A stretch of DNA of 64,000 bases. Source: Flavobacteriales bacterium. Its GTDB lineage: Bacteria; Bacteroidota; Bacteroidia; Flavobacteriales_E; Vicingaceae. This document shows positions 19,181-29,055 of the stretch, piece by piece. The notes below the pieces were generated by a model. The model did not search any database. It worked only from the letters and a program-made list of their open reading frames with translations, and was not told the origin of the DNA. The stretch is taken from positions 27,072 through 91,071 of the forward strand of contig JABTUP010000011.1 in NCBI GenBank assembly GCA_015075325.1, in the 5' to 3' direction. A program made the position numbers and the translations under genes. How positions within the stretch are numbered: the first letter of the stretch is position 1; each line of letters starts with the position of its first letter.

Positions 19181-21070
19181 TTAAAAGAGTGTTGGAATGT
19201 TTTTAAAATTAGTATTTAAATCATAATCATCTACTCGTTCGCCACCTTTAGATGTTGGTAATTTTATAGAAATTAAATAATTTGATTTTTCAAGAATATT
19301 AAATTGATTACGAATTTTTCTTTTAAAGGCATCAAATTTATTAAGCTCTATAACTCTTCCATATTTTAAGAGGTATAAATAATTACCAATTAAACTAGCA
19401 CTTATTTTATTTGATTTTGAAAAATTCTTATGTAAATAAATTGCATTTAAAACTTCCTTATATTCAGGGTTTGGGAGTTCAATGAACTTTTGTCCGAATA
19501 ACTCGGTTAGCTCTAAGTAAAAATTTTTCTTAAAGAAAAGTCTGTCAACAACATAAATTGAATTTATCTCATCACTTTTAGGATGTTTGTAAATTAATTT
19601 TGCTTCTTCAAGAGAATTAATTGCATTCAGATGGTTATTATTTTTTGTTAACATTAGCGTCCATTGATCATTTTTATTGGCAATCTCTGATTTATAAAAA
19701 TAAGCAAGAACAGCCTTTTGGTCTGAATTTAACTCTTCTCCTCCAAGTTTTTCAACTAAATACTTTGAATAAGAAGAAAGTAAAACTTCAAAAGAATCAT
19801 CAACTAATTTACCTTTAGGAATAAATAATGATAATTCATCATTTGAATGAAAAATATAATAAGGCAAATCAATTTCACCATCTAAACAAGCATTTACTAA
19901 ATTTTTCATGCCTCGTCCTTTTCCTTCCCATTTCTGAAAAACATTAAGAACTTTTGCTAATTTAGGGTTGTTAGCCTTTGCATTGTTAGTAATTATCCTT
20001 CTTAAAGGGATTTCTGTTGACTCGTCAAAAATTAATAATAATCTTTTAAACCTACCTGGGTTTCTTATCTCAATGTGTTTTGAAGGAACAACATTAATAT
20101 TAATATATTTATCAATACTATAATCTCTATGAGCTAATGAATTATTTACGCATTCACGGATTAGTTCTTCGGGATACTCATAAGTTTTTGTACCACCTTT
20201 TTCTATCGAAATTCCAGTCTGAATATTCCTAAAAATAAAGCGAGTACTTTCCTCTAAAAGAGGTATAATATTATCTGAAATAATTTTCTTGTTTTGAGGA
20301 AGGTTACCAGGTAATTCAACATAAGCATCCGTTTGACACCTGAAATTTAAGAAATAAGAAAGATTGTTACCACAAACCAACATACCTAATATGGTAGGTC
20401 TATTTTCTCTATACATTCCATTTATAGTGTAAAACGAAATAGCTTCCTCTTGATTTGTTAATAAGTTTTGAACTTTAAATTCAGAATTTAAAAGTTGAAT
20501 ATATTGATTTGCCTTATCTATATCTAAATCGGTTACTTTTGCATTAACAATAGGCTGAAGTTCTCTTAATTCACGAAGTTCTTGCTTATATTCAATTTGT
20601 TTTTCAATGTTTATTCTTGCTATTTTTTCATCACAACTCATCACCCTTTCGTACGCTATTCCTTTATAAAAAACAAATTTTTCGTCAGCAGATAATGAAT
20701 CAACGTATATTACAAGGATTTTTTTGCCAATTAATTCTTTTTGTTCTATGTGAATTTTAGATGAAATATCTATACTCTGATTATTTTCATCTTTTAAGGT
20801 TTTAAGAACTTCTTTTAAAGAGTTCTCATTGTTAAAGTTAAAACCTGTAACCTCATACTTTTTATTTTTTACATCTTCATTTACCCCAAGTATGATGATT
20901 CCATTATCAGTGTTCAAAAAAGCACATACACTTTCCATTACACTATCCCATTTCACTTTGTCTGCATGACCATAATTCTTCAGTTCAATAGTTTCATCTT
21001 CAATTCTTTCGTATTGAGAATTTATGATTGAATCTTCAATTTCTGCAAGTATTTTATCAATTACCTTCAT
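19181..21070 (-). CDS. Schlafen/AlbA_2 + HATPase_c_4 ATP-binding protein
   Basis: EDETIELK, VCAFLNTDNGIIILGV (AlbA_2); ECVNNSLAHRDY, IEIRNPG, NPKLA, WEGKGRGM (HATPase_c_4). Confidence 0.85.
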   Translation of the reverse strand: MKVIDKILAEIEDSIINSQYERIEDETIELKNYGHADKVKWDSVMESVCAFLNTDNGIIILGVNEDVKNKKYEVTGFNFNNENSLKEVLKTLKDENNQSIDISSKIHIEQKELIGKKILVIYVDSLSADEKFVFYKGIAYERVMSCDEKIARINIEKQIEYKQELRELRELQPIVNAKVTDLDIDKANQYIQLLNSEFKVQNLLTNQEEAISFYTINGMYRENRPTILGMLVCGNNLSYFLNFRCQTDAYVELPGNLPQNKKIISDNIIPLLEESTRFIFRNIQTGISIEKGGTKTYEYPEELIRECVNNSLAHRDYSIDKYININVVPSKHIEIRNPGRFKRLLLIFDESTEIPLRRIITNNAKANNPKLAKVLNVFQKWEGKGRGMKNLVNACLDGEIDLPYYIFHSNDELSLFIPKGKLVDDSFEVLLSSYSKYLVEKLGGEELNSDQKAVLAYFYKSEIANKNDQWTLMLTKNNNHLNAINSLEEAKLIYKHPKSDEINSIYVVDRLFFKKNFYLELTELFGQKFIELPNPEYKEVLNAIYLHKNFSKSNKISASLIGNYLYLLKYGRVIELNKFDAFKRKIRNQFNILEKSNYLISIKLPTSKGGERVDDYDLNTNFKNIPTLF

Positions 21071-21164
21071 TATACTTGTCTTTACTTAATTGTTGTGTAT
21101 TAGAACAAATGAAAAAATTAATTGTAAAAATACTAAAATGTGCTTGATATTTATTTCTAATAAA

Positions 21165-23999
21165 TTAATGTGCCTCCAACCAATTTTTTGCTGAATTCAT
21201 TTCAACTTCTAAAGGCACTACTAATTTAAAAGCATTTTCCATTTTATCTTTTACAATGGTTTTAATGGTTTCTAATTCAGGTTTATACACATCAAAAACT
21301 AACTCATCATGCACTTGCAAAAGCATTTTTGATTGAAATTGTTGTTGTTCAAATGCCTCAAAAATATTAATCATCGCAATTTTTATGATATCGGCAGCAG
21401 AACCCTGAATAGGAGCATTAATAGCGTTTCGTTCGGCATGACCGCGAACGATGGCATTTGCAGAGTTGATGTCTTTTAAATACCTTCTACGATGTAAAAT
21501 AGTTTCTACATAACCGTGTTCTTTTGCAAAATCAATGTTATTATCCATGTATGCTTTAATTTTTGGATATTGAGCAAAATAAGCATCAATAATTTCTTTG
21601 GCTTCGCCTCTCGAAATGTTAAGGTTTTGAGCCAATCCGAAAGACGATTGTCCATAAATAATTCCAAAATTCACAGCTTTAGCTTTGCTACGCATTTCTC
21701 TATCCACATCAGCCAAAGCAACTCCAAAAACCTTAGCAGCAGTAGCCGCATGAATGTCTTCTTTATTTACAAATGCTTTTTGCATATTTTGGTCACCACT
21801 TAGTGCCGCAATAATGCGTAATTCAATTTGCGAGTAATCGGCTGCTAACAACGTAAAATCATCGTTTTTAGCAATAAACGCTTTTCGAATTTCACGCCCC
21901 ATTTGTGTTCTAATGGGTATGTTTTGTAAGTTAGGATTCGTTGAACTCAACCTGCCTGTTGATGCAACGGTTTGCATATAGCTGGTATGTATCCTCCCTG
22001 TTTTAGGGCTAACCAATTCTGGCAATGCATCAACGTAAGTCGATTTTAGTTTTCGTACCGAACGGTATTCTAGTATTTTAGGAATAATATCGTGTTTTCC
22101 CATTAACTTTTGAAGTTCATCTTCACCAGTAGCGTATTGTCCGGTTTTGGTTTTTTTAGGCTTTTCAATAATTTTTAAGTATTCAAACAACACTTCGCCC
22201 AATTGTTTTGGCGAATCGATGTTAAATTTCGTTCCAGCCAATGTTAAAATATCTTTTTCGAGATTAGTGCCTAAAATTTCAAGCTCTTTCGAGAAGGAGC
22301 TCAAAGCCTCAACATCTAATCTAATTCCTTCGTTTTCCATAGCTGCTAAAACCGAAATTAAAGGTGTTTCCACTTTTTCAAACACTTCTTTAATCTCTTT
22401 TGTAAGTTTTGGTTCAAGATAAGTTTTGAGTTGCAGCGTAATATCAGCATCTTCGGCAGCATATTCTACTAGTTTTTCAATAGGAACATCTCTCATGTTT
22501 AATTGTCCCTTCCCTTTTTTTCCAATCAAGGTTTCAATAGAAACGGGTTTGTAGCCCAAATACGCTTCTGCTAAAAAATCCATGCTGTGACGCATGTCGG
22601 GTTCTAACAGAAAATGGGCAATCATGGTATCAAACAATTTTCCTTTTACACGAATACCGTATTTATGCAATACGTTGATGTCGTATTTTATGTTTTGTCC
22701 AATTTTTTCGATGGTTTCATTTTCAAAAAGTGGCACAAATTCTTTTAATATGTGGGTGGTTTCTTCTTGGTTTTCTGAGAAAGGAACGTAATACGCTTCG
22801 TGATGTTTAAAGGCAAACGACATACCCACCAATTCAGCCTCAAATGCATTCAGTCCTGTGGTTTCGGTATCAAAACAAAACGATTTTTGATTGGCAAGTT
22901 GTTGAATTAATTCCGCTCTTTTTTGTGGTGTATCAATTAGCGAATAGGAGTGAGGCACATTTTCAATGTTCTTTCCAGCTTCCACAACTTCTAAATCATC
23001 AGTATTGTTTTGGGCTTGATCTCCCCCTCCTTCGGAGGGGGTTGGGGGGAGGCTAAACAAATCCATTTGTCCGTTGGTTGGAACTGCTCCTATTTGAGTG
23101 GTCGGAGCAATTTGAATTTCTCTTCCCAACACTCTTTTGGCTAAATTCCTGAATTCGAGTTCAGCAAATAATGCTGTAATTTTTTCTTCATCGGGCTCTT
23201 CAAGCTCCAATTCTTTATAGCTAAATTCAATTGGAACATCTAAAATAATGGTAGCTAATTTTTTAGAAAGCAACCCTTGTTCAGCAAAATTGATAACATT
23301 TTCTTGTTGTTTGCCTTTTAATTCGTGAGCATGAGCAATTAAATTTTCTACGCTGCCGTATTGTTTAACAAGGAGTTTAGCAGTTTTTTCGCCAATACCA
23401 GGTATTCCAGGAATGTTATCGACAGCATCGCCCCACAAACCTAAAATATCGATTACTTGCAATGGATTTTCTACTTCAAATTTTTCGCACACTTCTTTTA
23501 CACCCAATACTTCAGCTGGTTTTCCAAATGCAGCAGGTTTGTAAATAAAAATATTTTCGGAAACCAATTGACCAAAATCCTTGTCTGGAGTCATCATGTA
23601 AGTGGTAAATCCATCTTTTTCGGCTTGTTTTGCCATGGTTCCAATTACGTCGTCGGCTTCAAAACCATCTTTTAGCAAAATAGGTATTTTAAATGCTTCG
23701 ATAATTTGTTTTACATAAGGCAATGCTTTTCGGATGTCTTCGGGCATTTCTTGTCGGTTGGCTTTGTAGTTTGCAAATTCTAACGAGCGGTTGGTTGCTA
23801 CAGGAGCGTCAAAAACTACCGCAATGTGCGATGGTTTTTGTTTTTCTAAAATCTCGATTAACGTATTGGTAAACCCCAACATGGTAGAAGTGTTTAATCC
23901 TTTGGAATTGTACCGTTGGTTATTGCCAAAAGCAAAGTATGCTCTGTAGATTAATGCAAACGCATCGAGTAAAAAAAGTTTTTTATTGTTTTCTGGCAT
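21165..23999 (-). CDS. polA: DNA polymerase I
   Basis: 5'-3' exonuclease (LLDAFALIYR, FEADDVIG), 3'-5' exonuclease (CFDTETTG), polymerase motifs (TGRLSSTNPNLQNIP, ADYSQIELR, AKAVNFGIIYG, QVHDEL). Confidence 0.98.
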   Translation of the reverse strand: MPENNKKLFLLDAFALIYRAYFAFGNNQRYNSKGLNTSTMLGFTNTLIEILEKQKPSHIAVVFDAPVATNRSLEFANYKANRQEMPEDIRKALPYVKQIIEAFKIPILLKDGFEADDVIGTMAKQAEKDGFTTYMMTPDKDFGQLVSENIFIYKPAAFGKPAEVLGVKEVCEKFEVENPLQVIDILGLWGDAVDNIPGIPGIGEKTAKLLVKQYGSVENLIAHAHELKGKQQENVINFAEQGLLSKKLATIILDVPIEFSYKELELEEPDEEKITALFAELEFRNLAKRVLGREIQIAPTTQIGAVPTNGQMDLFSLPPTPSEGGGDQAQNNTDDLEVVEAGKNIENVPHSYSLIDTPQKRAELIQQLANQKSFCFDTETTGLNAFEAELVGMSFAFKHHEAYYVPFSENQEETTHILKEFVPLFENETIEKIGQNIKYDINVLHKYGIRVKGKLFDTMIAHFLLEPDMRHSMDFLAEAYLGYKPVSIETLIGKKGKGQLNMRDVPIEKLVEYAAEDADITLQLKTYLEPKLTKEIKEVFEKVETPLISVLAAMENEGIRLDVEALSSFSKELEILGTNLEKDILTLAGTKFNIDSPKQLGEVLFEYLKIIEKPKKTKTGQYATGEDELQKLMGKHDIIPKILEYRSVRKLKSTYVDALPELVSPKTGRIHTSYMQTVASTGRLSSTNPNLQNIPIRTQMGREIRKAFIAKNDDFTLLAADYSQIELRIIAALSGDQNMQKAFVNKEDIHAATAAKVFGVALADVDREMRSKAKAVNFGIIYGQSSFGLAQNLNISRGEAKEIIDAYFAQYPKIKAYMDNNIDFAKEHGYVETILHRRRYLKDINSANAIVRGHAERNAINAPIQGSAADIIKIAMINIFEAFEQQQFQSKMLLQVHDELVFDVYKPELETIKTIVKDKMENAFKLVVPLEVEMNSAKNWLEAH
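23021..23054. repeat. REP-like GC-rich palindrome inserted in frame in polA
   Basis: ccccctcc-ttc-ggaggggg perfect 8-bp stem plus ttggggggaggct; homologous to the intergenic copy at 49626-49656. Confidence 0.85.
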
Positions 24000-24071
24000 G
24001 ATGTATTTTTTAAGACCTCTAAAATAAGTTTTTTTAAAGTTGTGATAAGTAATATTTTTACTGTAAAACTA

Positions 24072-24104
24072 AAACCCCCGATTTTAGATTAAAATCGGGG
24101 GTTT
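24072..24104 (-). terminator. Intrinsic terminator downstream of the M43 protease gene
   Basis: aaacccccgatttta-gat-taaaatcgggggttt, a perfect 15-bp stem. Confidence 0.8.
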
Positions 24105-24150
24105 ATTAATTGAGTAAAACTCTTATTAAACTAAAAACGCAAAAGTATTT

Positions 24151-26265
24151 TTATCGAATAATTAATTTTTCAACTGTTACTTTGTTGTCGGCATTAAATT
24201 CAATAAAATAAAGTCCTGATTGTAATTTTTTCTCTTTGTCGATACTTAATGTATAACGTCCAGCTGAAAAATATTGTCCGTTAATGATTTTAGTAACTTC
24301 TTTTCCCAAAACATCTCTCATGGTAATGCTTAAGTTTTTAACCTCTTGCGACAAACCAAATGAAAGCACAGCACTTTCATTCATTGGATTTGGGAAAATA
24401 TTAAGGTTATTAATCACTTTATTTTCTTCCAAACCAACAGTACCATCAATGTTAATGTCATCTAAATAAATGTTGTTACCACCATTGCTTTTAAAGTGAA
24501 ATTTAAAACGAACATTTGTTTTTGATGCTAAAGTAGAATTAAATGTAAATAAATTATCTTTCCATTGAGCAGTTCCTGAAGGAGTAAATGCTACGTTGGT
24601 TGCAGGAGCACTAGACATAGAACTAGCCGATTTGATGGTTAAAATTTGCCATGAAGCACCACAATCGATAGAAGAATACAATGTTAAAATATCATTTCCT
24701 CCGGTTGTTTTTTTAGCATAAGCACATTTCCAAGTGATAAATGGATTTTGCATTGACGATAAATCAAACGAAGTAGAAATTAATTCGGTAATGTCATTTG
24801 TCGCATTGGTAACATTATTTACTTTAACTGAACGACTTCCTGTGTATGCTGCAGTATTTACATTTTGCCATCCGTTACCACTTTGTGTTACTACTTCCCA
24901 ATCGTTGTTGTATGTTGTGGTGTTTTCCATGCCTTCAACAAAAGGTAGCATGTATTGAGCGGTAATTGTACTTACTGTAATGATGTTGCTTTTAGAAACA
25001 GCAGGGGTAAAATATCCAGCAGTTGTACCTGGAGAATATGTTACTCCATAAGAACCAGCTGTATTGTATGTAATAATAGGATTCGCTACATTTGATGTGC
25101 TTGGGGTTCCACCAACAAAAGTCCAATCCCATAAAGTTGGTGTAGCATTATAAGTGTTTAAATCACTAAAAGTTACAGACTCACCTTCACAAACTCTATT
25201 TTTGTTATAAGTAAAATCTGCTCCCCATGGAATACAAACTGGGTTGGTTTCATAAGGATCGGCAGTTCCTGTAAAAGCTAAATTTGAAGGAGCCCATAGT
25301 TGAGCTAATCCTGTTGTAGTATTTGTTGAATTTAAAACTGCCATCATTCTAGTTTTTTGGTCTAAACTAAACATGTTTTGACAAGAGTTGTAACTCATGT
25401 AATTTTCAATTTGGTCAAGCACATCAGTTCCATATGGATCAGCACCATTGGCATCGTTTGAGCAAGTATTTTCTGAGGTATTACAACTTCCGCTCGATGT
25501 CGATACAGGAGGAGTATCGCAACACAAATCGCCACTAGACCCACAATTCGAACCACAACCACTTTGGAAAGTGTGGTAAAGGTTAAAACAGTGACCAATT
25601 TCGTGGGTTAATGTTCTACCTGAAAGGAAACTATTATCGATAATTACTCCATAAGTGTTGTCAATTCCACTGGTAGGAAATTGTGCATAACCAGCAATAT
25701 AGCTTGGAGGTGAAGAACCATCAATAAAATCTACAATCCATACATTAAAATATTTTTTTGAATCCCATCGGCTTGCAGCTTTTACAGCATCATCAGCAGC
25801 CATAGTACGAGAATCTTCAACTCTAACAATACCTTCTGTACAGTTTCCGTTAGGGTCTTTTCGTGCTAAACGGAATTCAATATCTAAACTTGCTGCATAA
25901 GGAGCAAAAATTGCTCTGGTGTTAGATGCGTCAAGATTGGTACGTTTAAAATCTTGATTAATAACATTTACTGCATTTTCAATTTCTGCTTTAGTTGCGT
26001 TTCCATTTCCATTCCATGTTATTACGTGAAATACAATTGGAATAATAATGGTTGCTTTTTTTGCAACTGGGTCGTAAGTTTGTTTGAAGTTTTGAATATA
26101 TGTTTCAAAATCTTCACGTTGTTGAATAATTGAAGGATCTAATTGTTCTAATAACTGAGTTTGCTCATCTGTTTTACACCAATTGCCAGTAGGTGCTTGA
26201 GCAGAAACATTATTTAAACAGAACGCTAGTCCTAAGCCTAAAAAAGTTGTAGATAATTTTTTCAT
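24151..26265 (-). CDS. M43 (pappalysin-like) zinc metalloprotease with PKD domain and T9SS type A C-terminal domain
   Basis: HEIGHCFNLYH zinc motif, NYMSY Met-turn, WDWTFVGGTP (PKD), IFPNP...KLIIR C-terminal domain. Confidence 0.9.
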   Translation of the reverse strand: MKKLSTTFLGLGLAFCLNNVSAQAPTGNWCKTDEQTQLLEQLDPSIIQQREDFETYIQNFKQTYDPVAKKATIIIPIVFHVITWNGNGNATKAEIENAVNVINQDFKRTNLDASNTRAIFAPYAASLDIEFRLARKDPNGNCTEGIVRVEDSRTMAADDAVKAASRWDSKKYFNVWIVDFIDGSSPPSYIAGYAQFPTSGIDNTYGVIIDNSFLSGRTLTHEIGHCFNLYHTFQSGCGSNCGSSGDLCCDTPPVSTSSGSCNTSENTCSNDANGADPYGTDVLDQIENYMSYNSCQNMFSLDQKTRMMAVLNSTNTTTGLAQLWAPSNLAFTGTADPYETNPVCIPWGADFTYNKNRVCEGESVTFSDLNTYNATPTLWDWTFVGGTPSTSNVANPIITYNTAGSYGVTYSPGTTAGYFTPAVSKSNIITVSTITAQYMLPFVEGMENTTTYNNDWEVVTQSGNGWQNVNTAAYTGSRSVKVNNVTNATNDITELISTSFDLSSMQNPFITWKCAYAKKTTGGNDILTLYSSIDCGASWQILTIKSASSMSSAPATNVAFTPSGTAQWKDNLFTFNSTLASKTNVRFKFHFKSNGGNNIYLDDINIDGTVGLEENKVINNLNIFPNPMNESAVLSFGLSQEVKNLSITMRDVLGKEVTKIINGQYFSAGRYTLSIDKEKKLQSGLYFIEFNADNKVTVEKLIIR

Positions 26266-26394
26266 AAAGTTTTAGTTTAGTTAGTTTCTCTTCCCAAAAA
26301 AGAGAAGATATCAAATTTAATAAAATGTTAATTATAAAACAATCCCTTATTTTATTAACGGTTGGATTTTTAAGTTAAACGGTTGAGTGCGGTA

Positions 26395-27117
26395 TTATTT
26401 TTTTAAATCTCTAACCGAACAAACTACATTTTGAGACAATTGAGGTTCGTTAATAAAGCGGAGTATTTTTTGAGCGGTATCGATTGCTGAAGCTAAATCG
26501 CCATTTTTTTTGTATTCAACAAAACGATTAATGTTGGAAAAATTAGAGCTATCGGCACTTCTAATATGTTGTTGCATTTCGGTATCGATAATTCCTGGAG
26601 CAATGCTTAACACCTTAATGTTTGTTTTGTTAATGTTTGATTCTTCTTGTAAAACTCTGCTAAACATATCTAACCCAGCTTTGGTTGCACAGTAAACACT
26701 CCATCCGTCGATAGCAGATTGAGCAGCACCAGAACTGATGTTGATTATTGATTTTTCGATGGTGGTGTTTTGATAGGTTTTTATGAATTCGTTGGCGAGA
26801 ATGGTTGGCACAATTAAGTTAATGGTATAACAATCTATTACTTTTTGATTGGTTAAATTTCCTGCATGTTTTATTTCGCCAACTACACCAGCATTATTCA
26901 TTAACACTACTTTTTTGGCATCTTTTAATGCTGGGAATTTAATTTTTTGAACTGCTTCAATGTTTGCAAAATCAATATGTTTGTGGTAATATCTTTTGTG
27001 TGTAATGCTAGAACTTCTGGCATATCCAAATACAAAGTTGTTTTCCGCCTGTAACAATAATTCTGCAATAGCCTTACCTAATCCCTTACTTGAGCCGGTT
27101 ATAAAGTAGTAATTCAC
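26395..27117 (-). CDS. SDR oxidoreductase (sepiapterin/benzil reductase-like)
   Basis: ITGSSKGLG, NNAG, YCATK (YxxxK), APGIIDTEMQ. GTG start. Confidence 0.9.
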   Translation of the reverse strand: MNYYFITGSSKGLGKAIAELLLQAENNFVFGYARSSSITHKRYYHKHIDFANIEAVQKIKFPALKDAKKVVLMNNAGVVGEIKHAGNLTNQKVIDCYTINLIVPTILANEFIKTYQNTTIEKSIINISSGAAQSAIDGWSVYCATKAGLDMFSRVLQEESNINKTNIKVLSIAPGIIDTEMQQHIRSADSSNFSNINRFVEYKKNGDLASAIDTAQKILRFINEPQLSQNVVCSVRDLKK

Positions 27118-27261
27118 GAGTTAATGAGGTTTGAAAAATTTTACTGCAAAACTAAAGCGTTAAACTCAACGATTTTTAATACTTTTCATAAAAATTTTCA
27201 TGCCAATTCAATACATGATTCGATTCGTTTTTATTGATGAATAATGTTCTAGATATAATTA

Positions 27262-27291
27262 AAAAGTCCCACGCTGTAGCGTGGGACTTTT
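27262..27291 (-). terminator. Intrinsic terminator downstream of the GIN/OMP gene
   Basis: aaaagtcccacgc-tgta-gcgtgggactttt, a perfect 13-bp stem. Confidence 0.8.
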
Positions 27292-27403
27292 CTTTTGCAC
27301 TAACTAAAAGGTGGGTAATATAAGGAAGGAAACAACTAAACTTAATGTAACAATTTTTGTATTATTCAATGTAACGATTCTTTTTTAGTGAAGTTAGGAT
27401 GAA

Positions 27404-28957
27404 TTAAAACCCTAGTAAAGTAACACCAACACTAAAAGGATACAATTCTGGTCCTCTACCGCTCTCAAACAAAGGAGTTAAATTATAGGTTGCAAAAAGG
27501 TTTAACCAACCAACTCCAGCACGAACAGTTAATGCAACTTTAAACGGATTGGTATTAAAATCGCTATTGTCTTTTACTTTTTGTTCATCACCATTGTCTT
27601 TGTATTTGTATTTCATGCGTGTGGTAAATTTGTAGCCAAAAATTGCTCCTGCCGACAAATGAAACGATTTATTTTTGTGTTCGCCTGTGTTTATTTCGAA
27701 AAGCAAAGGGGCATTAATGTAAAACGTTTTAAATCGATTTTTAGAGAAACTTACATTGGTATCAACCAATCCCCAAGTGTAGTTCTCGTTAAAATTGTTA
27801 ATGGTATTTGAAACAAACGCTCCTCCATCTTCTATCAATCTTACGTTATGTTTTAGTTCGTAATTATTGTATTCTAACCCTAATCCTGTTACTAAACCAA
27901 AACGGTGTTGGTAAATTTTAAAAAAATGCTCGTAAAAATTTAAACTAAATACCCACGATTTTGAGTAATCTAACTCCATAAATTGGGTTACTTTTTTTGG
28001 ACTAGTTTGTTCTAAACTGATGTCGTGGTTTAGATTAAAACTACCATTGTTGTTTACAAACCCGTTTATTCCTAAATCAATACCAGCCCAGTGGTTTCTT
28101 CGTTTTTTTGGTGTACGCGTTATCGAAACCGAATCGCTAATAATCAACACATTGGTTCTTCCCATTCTAATTTTTGTGGTATCGTTTACCACTTTTATAT
28201 CACTATTTGCAACACCTGTTATAGTAATATCATCGCCTTCAACAATCACTTTACTGTCGCCAACATTTACTTTAACATTTTCATTCGAGTTTATGCTCGA
28301 TGCTCCAGAAGTTTTTACATTGTTTGTTGTTGGGCTGCCAAGCACTTTTAAATCGGATGCTCCAGAAACTGCTCCTGTTATTTCATTGGTTGCATTTAGG
28401 GTTAAATCAGATGCTCCAGAGGCTTTTACTATCACGTTTGATGCGATTAAACCTCCAGCTTTTAAATTGGTTGCCCCAGATACATCTAAATTAAAATCTT
28501 GAGTGGTTCCTTTTAATTTTACGCTACTTGCACCCGATGATTTTAAGGTAAACACTTGTGCTTTTAAATTTAAATCAATGCTTGATGCTCCGCTGGTTTT
28601 TAATTCAATCGACTTAAAATTAAGGGGTTCTGTGTTTTTTAATACCGACGCCCCGCTAATGTCCATTTTATCTAAATTCACAAAAGTTAATTTAATTATC
28701 ATGTCTTTTTCGGCTTTTATTTTGCCTTTAGCATAAATATTAAGCACTTGGTCGGTTACTTCGGTTGCCAAATTGGGTAAAAACTCTTCAGGAACTCCGC
28801 TAATTTCTACTTGGTTGGAGTTGCCTCGTATTAATTCAACAGTAAATGCCGACGAAATTTTTAAGGCATTAAAATCCGACAACATTCTCGATTCATTTTG
28901 TGCCATTGTTATGGAAGAAATGGAGAAAACAGCTATAGATAAAAATAATTTAGTCAT
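27404..28957 (-). CDS. GIN (DUF2807) domain fused to an outer-membrane beta-barrel
   Basis: Repeated xSGASx beta-helix units; C-terminal barrel (HWAGIDLGINGF...YPFSVGVTLLGF ending in Phe). Confidence 0.8.
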   Translation of the reverse strand: MTKLFLSIAVFSISSITMAQNESRMLSDFNALKISSAFTVELIRGNSNQVEISGVPEEFLPNLATEVTDQVLNIYAKGKIKAEKDMIIKLTFVNLDKMDISGASVLKNTEPLNFKSIELKTSGASSIDLNLKAQVFTLKSSGASSVKLKGTTQDFNLDVSGATNLKAGGLIASNVIVKASGASDLTLNATNEITGAVSGASDLKVLGSPTTNNVKTSGASSINSNENVKVNVGDSKVIVEGDDITITGVANSDIKVVNDTTKIRMGRTNVLIISDSVSITRTPKKRRNHWAGIDLGINGFVNNNGSFNLNHDISLEQTSPKKVTQFMELDYSKSWVFSLNFYEHFFKIYQHRFGLVTGLGLEYNNYELKHNVRLIEDGGAFVSNTINNFNENYTWGLVDTNVSFSKNRFKTFYINAPLLFEINTGEHKNKSFHLSAGAIFGYKFTTRMKYKYKDNGDEQKVKDNSDFNTNPFKVALTVRAGVGWLNLFATYNLTPLFESGRGPELYPFSVGVTLLGF

Positions 28958-29016
28958 GTCTTTAATTTTTTAATTCAATGTTTTTATACTTGTGTCAACA
29001 TGTTGTTTTTGGATGT

Positions 29017-29045
29017 GACGCCTAACTTGTTTTAAAAGTTACAGC
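29017..29045 (-). promoter_or_regulatory. ECF sigma promoter for the GIN/OMP gene
   Basis: Minus strand GCTGTAAC-N17-CGTC, the same motif and spacing as the site upstream of the ECF sigma gene. Confidence 0.8.
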
Positions 29046-29055
29046 ACTACGAAAA

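Larger units (their letters stand above)
19114..21207 (-). mobile_element. Single-gene genomic islet integrated at the polA 3' end
   Basis: A 2,048-bp unit bounded by the 46-bp direct repeat. It contains only the AlbA_2/HATPase gene and no integrase. Confidence 0.8.

Noticed and set aside
26357-26385. aacggttg repeated twice between the M43 and SDR genes
   Set aside because: Only two 8-mers, with no associated regulator or further copies.
27344-27375. aatgtaac repeated twice, resembling the ECF -35 element
   Set aside because: No CGTC at the 17-nt spacing, and the wrong orientation for nearby genes.
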